A stretch of DNA of 64,000 bases from Neoconidiobolus thromboides FSU 785 (lineage: Eukaryota; Fungi; Entomophthoromycota): positions 1-64,000 of the forward strand of contig MU626348.1 in assembly GCA_025603075.1 (NCBI GenBank), read 5' to 3'. This document shows, piece by piece, positions 36,058-47,715 of the stretch (position 1 is the stretch's first letter; every line of letters starts with the position of its first letter). The notes under the pieces were generated by a model that saw only the letters and a list, made by a program, of their open reading frames with translations, did no database searches and was not told the DNA's origin. The position numbers and the translations under genes are program-made.

Positions 36058-37272
36058 ATGAAATACCTTTTAGTTCTAGCATTATTAGTATTATATGAAT
36101 CTGTCCCATTAACGGGTACCAGTAGCTCAAACAGCCAGGGTGGTGGTGAGCAGCTCTTACTTGGACAGAATAAGTTTCCAGTAGTAAATTTTGGAGGAAG
36201 TTTATTGAGGGGTGGTAAAGGTGATAAAGGCGGTAATTTAGGGCTCAATAAACTCAATGGTGCTAGTCCAAATGGAAATTTAGGAATAAATAAAATTGAT
36301 GGTAATGGAGATGATCTACTTGATATTGATGTTTCTATTCCAAAAACTGTTAATCGTAAGATAAGATACAAAAAAGGCAGTTCTAGACCAAGAATTATCG
36401 AAGATATTGAAGTGGATGCTGCTAAGGATAGAAAGGGACCTACTGAGGAATTGGATGATTTTATACTTCCAGACGAGCTCGAACTACCTTTGTCTGATTT
36501 AATGCCTGAGGATAAGGAGAAGAAACCAGAGGAAGAAGACTCAAATATGGATATTATCAAAGAGCCACTACGTCCAATTAGGGACAACGAAAATATAAAA
36601 CCTGTTAAAGATTTGGTTGAAAACCCTTCTCCAATGCCAGAAGCTGTTGACATTAAACAAAAATTCCCAAATCCTATACTCGTGTCTGAAGATAGGAGTC
36701 CAGATCCTAAACCAAAAGAGGATAAGCCAAAAGAAGATAAACCAAAAGAGGAGGACAAGTCAAAGGAGGAAGATTCAACCATAGATCTTATTAAAGAACC
36801 ATCAGCTCCAATTAAGGACAGCGAAACTTTAAAGCCGGTTAAAGATTTAATTGAAGATCCTTCTCCAATCCCAGAAATTATCAACATCAAACAAAGGTTC
36901 CCAGATCCTGTACTTATGTCTGAAGATATGAATTCAGAAAACAAACCAAAGTCCGAAACCCCTCCACCTGCTCCTCAAAACATTGATACTCCACAAAATA
37001 CTGATACCCCACCTATTCCTCAGGATAAAAAATCAAGCTCCACTTTGGAAAATAGTAATCCAAGTTCTCAAGATTCTTCTTTGATTCCTCCACTACCTAT
37101 CCTTGAAAAAACTAGAGATACTTCATTGATACCACCATTTAGTAAAACTTTAGAGCCTGAGACTAAACCAAAGGAAGACAAACCAAAAGATCGTAAACTA
37201 GACAAGCCTAAGGGCAAGAGTTATAGAGATGAAGATAATTATTATTATGAAGAAGATGATTATTATAACTAA
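36058..37272 (+). CDS. Secreted Pro/Glu/Lys/Asp-rich protein with a duplicated 54-aa module and Tyr/Asp tail (404 aa)
   Basis: Signal peptide; Gly-rich N-region; two EEDS...KEP..PI.D.E..KPVKDL.E.PSP.PE...IKQ.FP.P.L.SED units; ends YRDEDNYYYEEDDYYN. Confidence 0.88.
   Translation: MKYLLVLALLVLYESVPLTGTSSSNSQGGGEQLLLGQNKFPVVNFGGSLLRGGKGDKGGNLGLNKLNGASPNGNLGINKIDGNGDDLLDIDVSIPKTVNRKIRYKKGSSRPRIIEDIEVDAAKDRKGPTEELDDFILPDELELPLSDLMPEDKEKKPEEEDSNMDIIKEPLRPIRDNENIKPVKDLVENPSPMPEAVDIKQKFPNPILVSEDRSPDPKPKEDKPKEDKPKEEDKSKEEDSTIDLIKEPSAPIKDSETLKPVKDLIEDPSPIPEIINIKQRFPDPVLMSEDMNSENKPKSETPPPAPQNIDTPQNTDTPPIPQDKKSSSTLENSNPSSQDSSLIPPLPILEKTRDTSLIPPFSKTLEPETKPKEDKPKDRKLDKPKGKSYRDEDNYYYEEDDYYN
36532..36927 (+). 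repeat. Two 162-nt coding repeat units (36532-36693 and 36766-36927) separated by KPKEDK repeats
   Basis: Direct alignment of the two translated units without gaps. Confidence 0.9.
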
Positions 37273-37901
37273 AAGATGATCATTAGAGTTTTAATTAATA
37301 AAATGCATTTATTTTTCATAGTTTTTTTTATTCATTTGGTCGCTTTTCTTGTTAATAAGAGTATTACTAATATTTTCATTATTTAATACTATATCCTAAT
37401 AATTATTTATTATTAAATACTGACATTACCTTGAATACGCTACATCTTTAGAAAAATAATGTTACAATTAAGCTTCAAACTTTAATAGCCAAATATCCTT
37501 ATCAAATATAAGGATAAATTAATAACCTTTAACTTGACAAAAATTAAGTTTTCTCCACATAGGCTTGTTAATTAAACTTTTATTTAAATTGCAACCAATA
37601 ATAAAACAAAAAAATTGTTTTAGCCAATGATTTTCTAGGCTTAGCTTCCATCCCTGCTTTTTTAATGAGCTAGTTGATTAGATCAAAATTCTATATTTGA
37701 TGAGATTCATCTTGATTGATGATAATCAAAATACCAAAAAGTAAAATACACGTCATAAAATATTCCTATTGACAATAACACAACTAGGAATTAGGTATAA
37801 ATAGAAAAGTAAAATAAGTTAAAATTTCGAGTTGAACATCTTTTAACTTTTAATTATAAATTCATCTCATTTATAACAATACCATTATTCAAAAATAAAA
37901 A

Positions 37902-38447
37902 ATGATACAAGTAACATCTGGTTTATTTTTAGTAGCAAGTCAATATCTCTTATTCACTAAAGGGTTTGTTAACTACTATTACTTAAGCCTCCAACTTTTA
38001 ACTTACTTCTTAATCACTCAAGGTATCCTCGCATTGAAATTTACCCCAAACAAAAAGAAATCCACCCCAACCCATCAACTATTTCAAGTACTATCTATTG
38101 TAAGCTATATTATTAGTAATTATCTCAATGATAAGCCCCTTAACTCCAGCTACCCTGACTACAGTAAAACTATTTTATATAGTATGATTGGAGCTGCTGT
38201 CGCAGCTAACTTAAACATGTATGTCTTATCTACTTTCATGAAAGATACGAAACTTGCTTGGAAAGGACATGGATTCTTTGGTTATTTAGTTTATGTGGCA
38301 GTTTCAATTAATACCATCTTAGGCCTTGAAGCTAATTTTGGTTTGACCCAATCATTTTTAGGTTGGTTTGTTGGTGCCACCTGGGCTGTTTCGTTAGCAC
38401 TTACTGTCAACCCATTTAGTGGGGCAGTAAAAAGTAAGAGTAAATAA
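37902..38447 (+). CDS. Divergent cytochrome b561-like membrane protein (181 aa) with only two His
   Basis: Aligns with 33623-34267 (IQ...QYL, TQGILALK, HQLFQ, HGFFGY, INTILGLE); only H58 and H123 are present. Confidence 0.8.
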   Translation: MIQVTSGLFLVASQYLLFTKGFVNYYYLSLQLLTYFLITQGILALKFTPNKKKSTPTHQLFQVLSIVSYIISNYLNDKPLNSSYPDYSKTILYSMIGAAVAANLNMYVLSTFMKDTKLAWKGHGFFGYLVYVAVSINTILGLEANFGLTQSFLGWFVGATWAVSLALTVNPFSGAVKSKSK

Positions 38448-38773
38448 AAAGAATTTGACTTTTGATTTTATGATGTTTTTTGCTAGTCTGTATGAATTTA
38501 AAACTCATAATATTATAAGACAAAAAATACTAATAATGATGCTATTAAATAACAAAATTAAGCTTCATTAATATACTAATTATAAAATATTCTTTAAAGC
38601 AATTAGAATAGCTAATACCATTATTTAGATAAAAAATTAACAATCTCCGTAATGTCAAATAAAGATATAATATTTTTGAATTTACATTTTTATAACTTGT
38701 GATTCTATTGATATTTTATCATATTTTGATAATTATTTACTACAGTGCCTGTTGATTTCAAAAACTATTATAT

Positions 38774-38870
38774 GGGGATGTCTTTTTTGGCTTCATCACT
38801 TTTTCCATCTTTTGAGCACTACTTAAGCGGAAAATTTATTAGTAAAATTCTTGAACACAAATACATCCCC
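38774..38870 (-). mobile_element. MITE family copy
   Basis: GGGGATGTCTTTT...ATACATCCCC; ATAT/ATAT. Confidence 0.9.
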
Positions 38871-39215
38871 ATATATTATTAGAACTTGTATATCGAATTT
38901 TATAATAGTTAGTGCTATCTCTTGTATTTTGTATTGTTATGATAAATATAACAAGTGTTTTTTCCAGCTATCTACTATCAATCCTAAAATAATTAACACA
39001 TCTAATTTATCGTTGAGTGTTCTCAATTAATATGGATAACATAGATCATAAACTGGTTTTAATATATGACTTAGCTAATAATTTTAAATCTTTTTTTCGG
39101 TTTTATTACATATTTTATAAACTGTAAGCAACTACAGTACTACTTGTAGGCATGTATTTTCTGAAAACCTTTTACACTTCAATTCAAAATAAAAGCTACT
39201 TGTTTGCAAAATTAG

Positions 39216-39309
39216 TACAATGTATTTTTTTTAGAAATTCTACTAGCAATTTTTTCACCTCAAATAGTGCTTTAAAATGGAAAAAGTGATAAACTCAAAA
39301 ATACATACT
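39216..39309 (+). mobile_element. Degenerate MITE copy
   Basis: Core CCTCAAATAGTGCTTTAAAATGGAAAAAGTGAT retained; termini eroded. Confidence 0.7.
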
Positions 39310-39641
39310 ATACAAATAGTACTGCCTACTATAGTGGTAAAAGTCATCTTTATTTTGAATTAAATTTAAAAAAATTACTTTGTTACTCAATTTAGTAATT
39401 AAACATTCTAATTTGTCTTAAATAAAACTGAAAATAACGTTATATAATTTTAACTTATGTAAAAAGCTAATTTAAACAAGTAGATATCGTTTATTTATTT
39501 TTATGAATTGGATAGTGACAGAAATAATATAGAAATTTAAGTGGAGAACAATTCTCTGTACTATCAACTCATTTTTTAATCAGGAACAAACTCTATTAAT
39601 ATAATTTAATAACATAAATATTTAAAATTCTAAATTGATAT

Positions 39642-39738
39642 GAGGATGTATTTCTGTGTTTTGAATTTTATTATTAATTTTTCCGCTCAAATAGCGCTTA
39701 AAAGATGGAAAAAGTGATGAAGCTAAAAAAATACCCCC
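39642..39738 (+). mobile_element. MITE family copy
   Basis: GAGGATGTATTT...AAATACCCCC; ATAT/ATAT. Confidence 0.9.
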
Positions 39739-40199
39739 ATATGCTTACTTTGGTACTAGCCTAGCACTTTGTTTAAATTCTAAGCTTAAAAAGTAAACAG
39801 TGGATAGAAAAATTAAATAAAAAGAAACTTCTACATAAAATATCAATACTAGTTAAGTACTTAAAAAGGATAACTACAGGATTATATTGATATGTCGTTG
39901 ATAAGCATAATGAAGAAGATAGTTAGATATGAAGAATACGTTTTAATGAAATAGCTCATCCACTATTAATTACTAATACTAATAAAAATCAAATTTCCTA
40001 AAAATCCCGTCAATCTCAGTTACTTAAAATTTTGCTTCATTTTACATATCAGTTTTGATTAGCTAAAAGACTAAAAAGAGCAATCAAAAATATTTATACG
40101 TTATGAAATTAAAATCAACTATCAACAAAGGCAATCAAATAAATAGGCATAAAATCGAATCAAAGTCTCTCTTAAATATTATCTTTCCAATTATCAAAA

Positions 40200-40415
40200 A
40201 TGCAACTCCTTATCCCTATCTGTTTACTCTTATCTACTATCACGGCGGTACCTTATGGTCTAGCTATCAACAGCCTTGCCGATTCTATTTTGCAAGGGAA
40301 TAATGAGGCACAGAATGCTCGTGTGGTAAAAGCACAAGCTATTGATAACTCACCCGCCCCAAGGGTCTGTAATGGTGGTGATCGTGCCTTCGGATTCTGT
40401 ACACCCGATAGCTAA
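40200..40415 (+). CDS. Small secreted protein (71 aa) with a C-terminal two-Cys loop
   Basis: ATG, hydrophobic signal MQLLIPICLLLSTITA, GC-richer than its flanks, ends VCNGGDRAFGFCTPDS; AT-rich 3' flank. Confidence 0.7.
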   Translation: MQLLIPICLLLSTITAVPYGLAINSLADSILQGNNEAQNARVVKAQAIDNSPAPRVCNGGDRAFGFCTPDS

Positions 40416-40860
40416 GAGTCAAAATGATTTCGTATTTTATTTATTCAGCATCTATTATTTATCATAATATAAGTATTCGTTAATTCTTTACTTTATATAT
40501 TTTTTATTATTTTTGATTTTTGATTTCATTTGTAACAATATTTACCCTAACTAATTTTCTATTTCAAGACTTAAAAATTAAATAAATTATTAGTTTAAAT
40601 GATAATTCAAAAAGACACCTGTATAAAAAAATAAAGCCCTATTGTTTTACAAATAAAATATATAATGTAAATCAATCGTATAACTGTATGTTAGGGAAGT
40701 AGTTAGAAATTATCGCTGGAAGTCATCTAAGTTTAAACCGAGATTACTACAAAGATTATTAACCTTAGACTAGCGTTTTAATACTTAAAAATAATTTTCT
40801 AAGATATAAGCTCATTGCTACTGATGATTAAAATTCTGTAAGAAATGCTCTGTTATTAAT

Positions 40861-41892
40861 TTAAATACAGGTGTACCGCTCCACATTTTCCCAAACTGGG
40901 TACTCTTCTGGCTTTAACTTAGGAAACATGGCATAAGGTAGAGAAGTACTATTCTCCTTACAACTAAGTTGATTTTCAAAGGTTGACCCCTTAAATAAAT
41001 TTGGCTCAATGTTCAGTCCGGATACTTTAACAAATCCAATCCTATTAGCAAACGAAACAATCTCTTCGAAAAGCTTTATTGTATGCTTTGATGTAGAGTT
41101 GCGAAGTATCATAATTTCCTTATCTTCAATCTTATAGTTCAAAATAATAAACTCGTCTTCATATTTTAAGCCATAGGTGTCAAACTTGGGTAACTTGAAA
41201 TTTTCAAAAAATGCTTCACTCACAATCCAAAATCTTTGATATGTACAAAAGTTTGGCTCGATAACAAATAGACCAGTAGATGGAATCTTAGATAATTCCT
41301 TATTACTCAACTCTTTCTTCAAATTATCACAATCCCACGTACTAAGCTTTTGAATATCTTCCTTTTTCAGATAACTTACTTCTCCATCTTTTTCTTTAGC
41401 CTTCCCTTGCACATGAATCTCTAACTTAAAAGGTGCATACAATTTATATCCAAATCTTTCATAGTAACTCCCAACCGTCGAGAACAAGGCTGTTGCTACA
41501 AGCCCATTCTCGTTACTCATCCTATCCATAAGTTTTCTAAACATAGCATCTGCATACCCTTTCCTCCTTTTCGCTTCTGGAGTATATACTGCACTGACCG
41601 AGCGCACCTTAATTGTATTAAAACCTGAAGTGGGACTCAGATAATAACCTGTACGCGTTATCGTTTCTAAGTGAGATAAAATGTTAACAGACTCTTTCTC
41701 GTCTTGATTGATCAAAACCCAGGGTTCGATGTGTTGAAGGTTTTGAGGCAGTTGGGTCGTCTTTTTATAGATATCCAGGTAAAAGGCTGGGTCATTTACC
41801 TTTACCCAATGATAGTGGCGGTCAAGTAACATCTGATTTAATTGTTCGGTGTTCGCTTTCTTTAATATTTGGCTACTATTGGTTAGAAGCAT
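40861..41892 (-). CDS. GNAT-family N-acetyltransferase (fungal Lyc1-like), 343 aa
   Basis: Acetyl-CoA motif A (VSAVYTPEAKRRKGYADAM) and motif B (ALFSTVGSYYERFGY); intronless, ATG at 41890-41892. Confidence 0.8.
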   Translation of the reverse strand: MLLTNSSQILKKANTEQLNQMLLDRHYHWVKVNDPAFYLDIYKKTTQLPQNLQHIEPWVLINQDEKESVNILSHLETITRTGYYLSPTSGFNTIKVRSVSAVYTPEAKRRKGYADAMFRKLMDRMSNENGLVATALFSTVGSYYERFGYKLYAPFKLEIHVQGKAKEKDGEVSYLKKEDIQKLSTWDCDNLKKELSNKELSKIPSTGLFVIEPNFCTYQRFWIVSEAFFENFKLPKFDTYGLKYEDEFIILNYKIEDKEIMILRNSTSKHTIKLFEEIVSFANRIGFVKVSGLNIEPNLFKGSTFENQLSCKENSTSLPYAMFPKLKPEEYPVWENVERYTCI

Positions 41893-42875
41893 TGTTTGAG
41901 TGTAGAGCTGGCTTTTATAGTGATTTTTTGAAAGTTGTTGGTTTTTAGTTAAGGGTTTATATACTTTTTATGATTTCTAAATAGTTCATGAATATAAATG
42001 AAAAAGGACTGGATCAACTGATTTAATTCTTGGTTATCTTGTGATAGTGTTCTTAAATAATTAATTGCTGTAGAACGCTATAATCTCTATTTATACCTTC
42101 AGAATTTAAATTTGGAACTTACTATTTGCCTTGAGTAAAATTTTTGCTGTATATATTAATTAAAGCTATTATAACTCTTTTAAGATTTTTTTGCATAGGT
42201 TTTTGTAGTTGAATTATTTTTATAATAGATTACGAAGCTTAGTTTCTATATTATTTGAATTTTAACAGGATTTTGTCTCTTATGTAATCAGTTAGTAGGC
42301 CATAAAAGAGTTGCAACAGTTATAAAAATATTTTTTGCCTACAGAAGCAATAAAACATAATTTTCAAAATCACTCTATTTAGAAATGTTTCTTTCAAAGA
42401 TAACTTAATTAGCTATTGAACTATTGGCTGTCTTAATTAAATAGCTGGTACTGTTATAGTAAAGAAATGAGAATTTGTTGATTCAAAAACAATTGTATGA
42501 ATAGAGGATATTAAGAATTCAAGGTTTATAGTAAGTTAAAGGGGTATATGATCCTGTCTATAGTTATAATTAGTCTTTGAAAATTGAAATTTATGATTCA
42601 AAGCAAATTGTAAAGTTGAGGCTTTTTACTATTGTTAATAAAATAAATGACAAAGTGATCGGTTAAAAAAATAAATCAAGGGTTTCATTACAGCCAATGA
42701 AATAACTAGATTTTAAAAATTTGAGGTTAAGTACTAATAAAATTAAGTAGTTGGCAACTCCTTTTTTTTTCAAGTATTTGGCATTAGGAAAAAGGGACTT
42801 GAATTTTTTTTTAAAAATTGGCAATCACTAGTAACATCATTTAATACGAAAACTCACTACTTGAGAAAACAAAAA

Positions 42876-45669
42876 ATGAGCGCAAATAGTTCAGAAGATG
42901 ATCTGCCTTTGAGTGCTAGATTACTAAAAAGGCCGGCAGTAGCAAAACAGATAACTAATAGTAAGTATTTTATACTTGTTGTTGAAATAGTTCCTAAATA
43001 GCATGCAGGTATAAACAATCAACCAATAGATAATGGAAACTCTAGTGATTCGGATATACCATTGTCTAAAAAAATATTAAAAAAGAATGCTCAGGTAAAC
43101 TAAAATACTATATTAAAAGAAACTTTACTTAAAAAAGAAGAATGGTATTAAAAAAGAGAAACCCAATCCAGTTCCAAAACCAAAAGTTAAAAACGAAGCT
43201 ACTTCTCCAAAGATAAAGAGAGAACCGACCACTCAAAAAATTAAAGTCGAAGCGGATACTCCAAAGAGGAAACCCATCAATGGTGTAGAGTCTGGGAATA
43301 ATAAAAGAGCAAAAGATGTTAAACCTATCAAAGGAGAAGTTAAAGATGAAGATGAAGATGAAGATGAAGAATATCAGTGGTGGCTCCAAGAAGGTGATGG
43401 TGATAAGTCAGTGAAATGGAATACCCTTGAACATAATGGGGTATATTTTCCACCACCTTATGAGCCACATAATGTTAAAATGTTATATGACGGTATAATA
43501 ATTAATAGTAAAAAATCAATAAAATTTATGTTATTTAGGGAAACCAATTACCTTGCCGCCGGAAGCTGAAGAAGTAGCTAGTTTCTTTGCTGCTTTGATA
43601 GAGTCGGACTATGCAAGAAATCCAGTATTTGTTAGGAATTTTTTCAAAGATTTCAAAGATGTTTTAAAAGAGTGCAAAGCAGTAAGAATTTAATTTAATT
43701 TTCCTTTGCTTTATTTATTTGTTTTAAAAAGGATACGGATATTAAAGAATTTAAAAAATGTGACTTTACACCAATTTTTAACTATTTACAAGCCCTTAAA
43801 GAGCAAAAGAAATCTAAAACTAAGGAAGAAAAACTTGTACTTTTTTCTTTATCTGATTTTTCACATATACTTACTTTTTTAAAAGCAAGATAAAAAGGAT
43901 AAAGAGGTTATTGATGAACATTATGGCTATGCCATCCTTAATGGACGTAAAGAAAAGTTGGGTAACTTTCGTATTGAACCTCCAGGCTTATTTAGAGGCC
44001 GTGGAGATCATCCTAAAACTGGATGCTTGAAGGTGATCTAGCTTTTTATATAACTATTATTATATATCTAACTTATATTAATAGAGAAGAGTATCACCAG
44101 AACAAATTACTATCAATATTGGCAAGGAGGCCAAAGTGCCTACCCCACCACCAGGCCATAAATGGGGTAAAGTAATACATGATAACACTGTTGCTTGGTT
44201 AGCTACTTGGAAAGAAAATATCAATGGGTTATTTAAATATGTCCTTTTTGGTGCTACTAGTTCCTTAAAGGGACAGAGTGATATGAAGAAGTTTGAAAAG
44301 GCTAGGGAGTTGAAGGGATGTATCGATGATATCCGTAGTACTTATATGGAGGAGCTTAAAGATAAAGTAGCTTCTACACGTCAAAGAGCTACTGCGTTGT
44401 ACCTTATCGATCGCCTTGCACTCAGAGCTGGTAATGAAAAAGGAGAGGATGAAGCTGATACCGTTGGTTGTTGTTCCCTTAGATATGAGCATGTCACATT
44501 GGTACCTCCAAATACTTTAAAGTTCGATTTTTTGGGTAAGGATAGTATCAGATATCAAAATGAAGTCCAAGTTATTGAGCAGGTTTACAAGAATATCGCT
44601 ATCTTTAAAAAATCACCAAAGAAAGAAGGAGATATGATCTTTGACCGTTTAAATGTAAGTTTGTTTTAATTTTTGTGTGTCGAATTTTAATGTTATTAGA
44701 CTGGTACACTTAATCGCCATCTTGCTAGTTTACTTCCAGGTCTCTCTGCTAAAGTTTTCCGTACTTATAATGCCTCATTTACTTTCCAAAATCAGCTCAA
44801 AAGCACCCCAGAAGATGGCACTATTCATGAAAAATTACTTGCTTATAACCGTGCTAATCGTCAAGTTGCCATTCTCTGTAACCATCAACGTTCAGTAAGT
44901 AAAGGTTTTGAAACTCAGATGGAGCGTATCGATGACAAGGTAAGGTTTTATGGTGGTATTTTAATAAATAGTAAGTTAACTGAACACTAGCTTAAAACTA
45001 TGCAATTCCAAAGACATCGCCTCAAGCTAGAAATCTTAAGCCTTGATCCAAAGGCGGGTAAAAGGTACCCTGAACTTCTTGTTAAGGATGAAAATCATGA
45101 TGAGTTTTGGTGTACTGAACATGTCGATCTGCTTATGGAAAAGGAAAGGGAAAAAGCAAGGTTAAAGTTTGAAAAGACAAATGTTGTCCTAAAAGAGAAA
45201 GGAGAAAAAGTGCAAGGAGAAAGTGTCTTGAAAGAAAAGTTAGATGAGCTTGATGCTGAACACAAAATCTTGCTGAAGGAGGTTAAGAACAACAAAGTTA
45301 GCGATTCCAAAAAGGTCAACACGGTAGAAAAGTTGATGGATAAGCTTGATAAACTTAACGCCCGTATCAGTGCAGCTAATACTTCAAAGATTGATAAGGT
45401 AAATTTATCGTGTCTACTCCAGCATGATATTTAATTTATTTAGGATGAAAATAAAACTACGGCCCTTGGAACATCTAAGATCAATTATATTGATCCTAGA
45501 ATTTCAGTCGCTTGGTGTGCCAAGTATAAAGTACCTTTAGATAAAATTTTCAATCGTACTTTACGTGATAAGTTTAAGTGGGCAACCATTGTAGATGAGA
45601 ATTATGTAAGATTTGTTTTTTGTTTTTTGTTTCTTTTATCGAAAACTAATTACGATTTAGGAATTTTAA
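42876..45669 (+). CDS. TOP1: DNA topoisomerase I (type IB), multi-exon
   Basis: [84 protein letters not shown] and catalytic [12 protein letters not shown]. The final exon is only GAA TTT TAA (45661-45669). Confidence 0.97.
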
Positions 45670-45959
45670 AAATCAAACTGTTTTTATGTCTAGGTGTTAA
45701 AAAAATCCATATCGAGTATTAGATCCTTTTTAGCATCCAACACTTTAACTTCTTATTGAGTGTATTTTACTTTTTTGAATAAAACCAATTAGATATAATT
45801 GTTTGGTCTTTATAGTTTGATAGGTGATGTAAAATTTATTAGTATAGAATTTTAAGATAAATTAAATTCGACTTTGTATTGTGAAATTATAAATAACATT
45901 TTAACTTGACAACTATTTGAAAATAACGATTTTCTTTATGAATAGAAAAAGCATCATAT

Positions 45960-46051
45960 GGGGATGTGTTTTTTTATTTAAGAATTTTACCAATAATCTT
46001 TCCACTTAAAAAGTGCTTAAAAAATGGAAAAGTAATGAAAAAAACACCTCC
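45960..46051 (+). mobile_element. MITE family copy
   Basis: GGGGATGTGTTTT...AAACACCTCC; flanks ATAT/GTAT. Confidence 0.88.
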
Positions 46052-46232
46052 GTATACAGTTGATACATAAATTGAAGCTATTATAATGATTGTTTAAATA
46101 ACATAAGTCCTATTAAAATAAATACTTAATGAAACAATGACAAAATAACTTAAATTCAAATATACGATTTTTATGCAAGCGAAAAATATTTTTATTTCAG
46201 CAATAATAAAACAACATGGCCCCTTTAACATC

Positions 46233-46655
46233 TTATTCGGTTTTGATAGCAGCTTGGTTCTCATTACGTAAAGTACCAACAGCAATATTGTGAGAAGGAG
46301 ATGCGACTTTTCCAGTAAGAGGGGTGTAATATTCTGGATTAAAACCACCATAAGGAAGGTAGTAGACGTTAGGAAGATAGCCACCATAAGTATTGATTGG
46401 GATAAAGGCTCTGCGCTCAACTTGTTGAATTACTTGTTTCTCTGGGAGGATGGTTTCAACGGTTCTGTAAAGGCCATGGTGTTTATGATGATGGTGACCA
46501 AAAACCTCATTATGTTTTTGGTATTGGAATTGGCCGAGATTGATGTAGGAATCTGGGGAAGCGAGCTCAGATTGTTGGTCACCAGCAAAATCTTTGATGA
46601 GTTTAGAGCTGGTAAGGCTAGCGAGGAATAAAGCACTGATGTAGTTGAATTTCAT
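46233..46655 (-). CDS. Small secreted protein (140 aa), family member 1
   Basis: Signal peptide; shares QQSE.ASPDS.INLGQ.Q.QKHNEV and VASPSH.I.VG.L with 47716-48114. Confidence 0.88.
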   Translation of the reverse strand: MKFNYISALFLASLTSSKLIKDFAGDQQSELASPDSYINLGQFQYQKHNEVFGHHHHKHHGLYRTVETILPEKQVIQQVERRAFIPINTYGGYLPNVYYLPYGGFNPEYYTPLTGKVASPSHNIAVGTLRNENQAAIKTE

Positions 46656-47715
46656 TTTAGTGTAAGAATAATGATAAGTTTTTCATTCCTTTTATACTAG
46701 TCCTTGGAGGAGTTTTATCAGCTTGGCCCTGTGTTAATTAGTTTAAGCAATTTTATATTAATATAATTATTGCTTTTTAGTTGGGTTTAAGCTAATTGAA
46801 TAATATCGGTATGTGATATAGCTTTAATTATGACTTATTATGGTCATTGTGTTATCAAATCATTTTGTAATTAACTATTATACCTTGTATGATAATATTT
46901 TATAGTTTAAATTATTTTAACTGAATATTTCTAATCAGTATAAATTACTTTAATTTTATGAATGAAACGATGTTTAAACTATTATACTTGGCTATTTGAA
47001 TACATCACTATTTAAAGTTTAGTGAATTTTACAAAACTTAGTACCTTAGTTTAGAATAATCCTAAATTTAATAATAACACAAAACAATATAATTAAATAA
47101 ATTAGTGTTTATTAAACTTTGAGCTTAGAGCTATTCTTATACTAAAATAACTTTATAAGCCATATGAAAATGCCTGTAACCTACGAAATAAAACAGTTAA
47201 TGATATAGCTCATCTAATTTGAATATTTATATATTTGTAATGACAAACTTTAATCAACAAACACTTACATTAACTTTATTAAAAAATATATTAAAGGATA
47301 TACATATCATCTAAAGTTGATTCTTATAGTCATTGAAAACTTATTTTAAAAAGACTAGTATAAAATACAATATCTAATTGATTACAATTAAATATTAACT
47401 GAAAAACTTGAATAAATGAATATACTTATTTCAAAGCTCATGTTTATATTTATATATCTTTATATTAGGATTATTTTCCACCTAACATCAGACATAATCT
47501 TATTTGCTTAAATACAAATAAAGGAATTTTTAAAAATTATTCGAAAATTATTCAAAAATTATAAAGTTTATAAGATTTTAATGATCTTTTAATTATAGCT
47601 ATAATTAAATACACTTATATTAACAATTTAACAAAAATATCAAACAAGTCAATTTGCTTAAAATATAAGTACGCAATGCAAGTAATTTTATTTCAAGTTA
47701 ACAATAGCTATTGGC

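Noticed and set aside
31827-36944. Long antisense or alternate-frame ORFs over repetitive genes (31827-32333, 31873-32475, 36042-36944; similarly 10186, 12907, 17064, 46290, 61022)
   Set aside because: They are shadows of biased codon usage in real genes on the other strand or frame, with low-complexity products and no independent motifs.
43345-43372. (GAAGAT)n repeat in TOP1
   Set aside because: Ordinary acidic low-complexity tract (DEDEDEDEE) in the disordered N-terminus.
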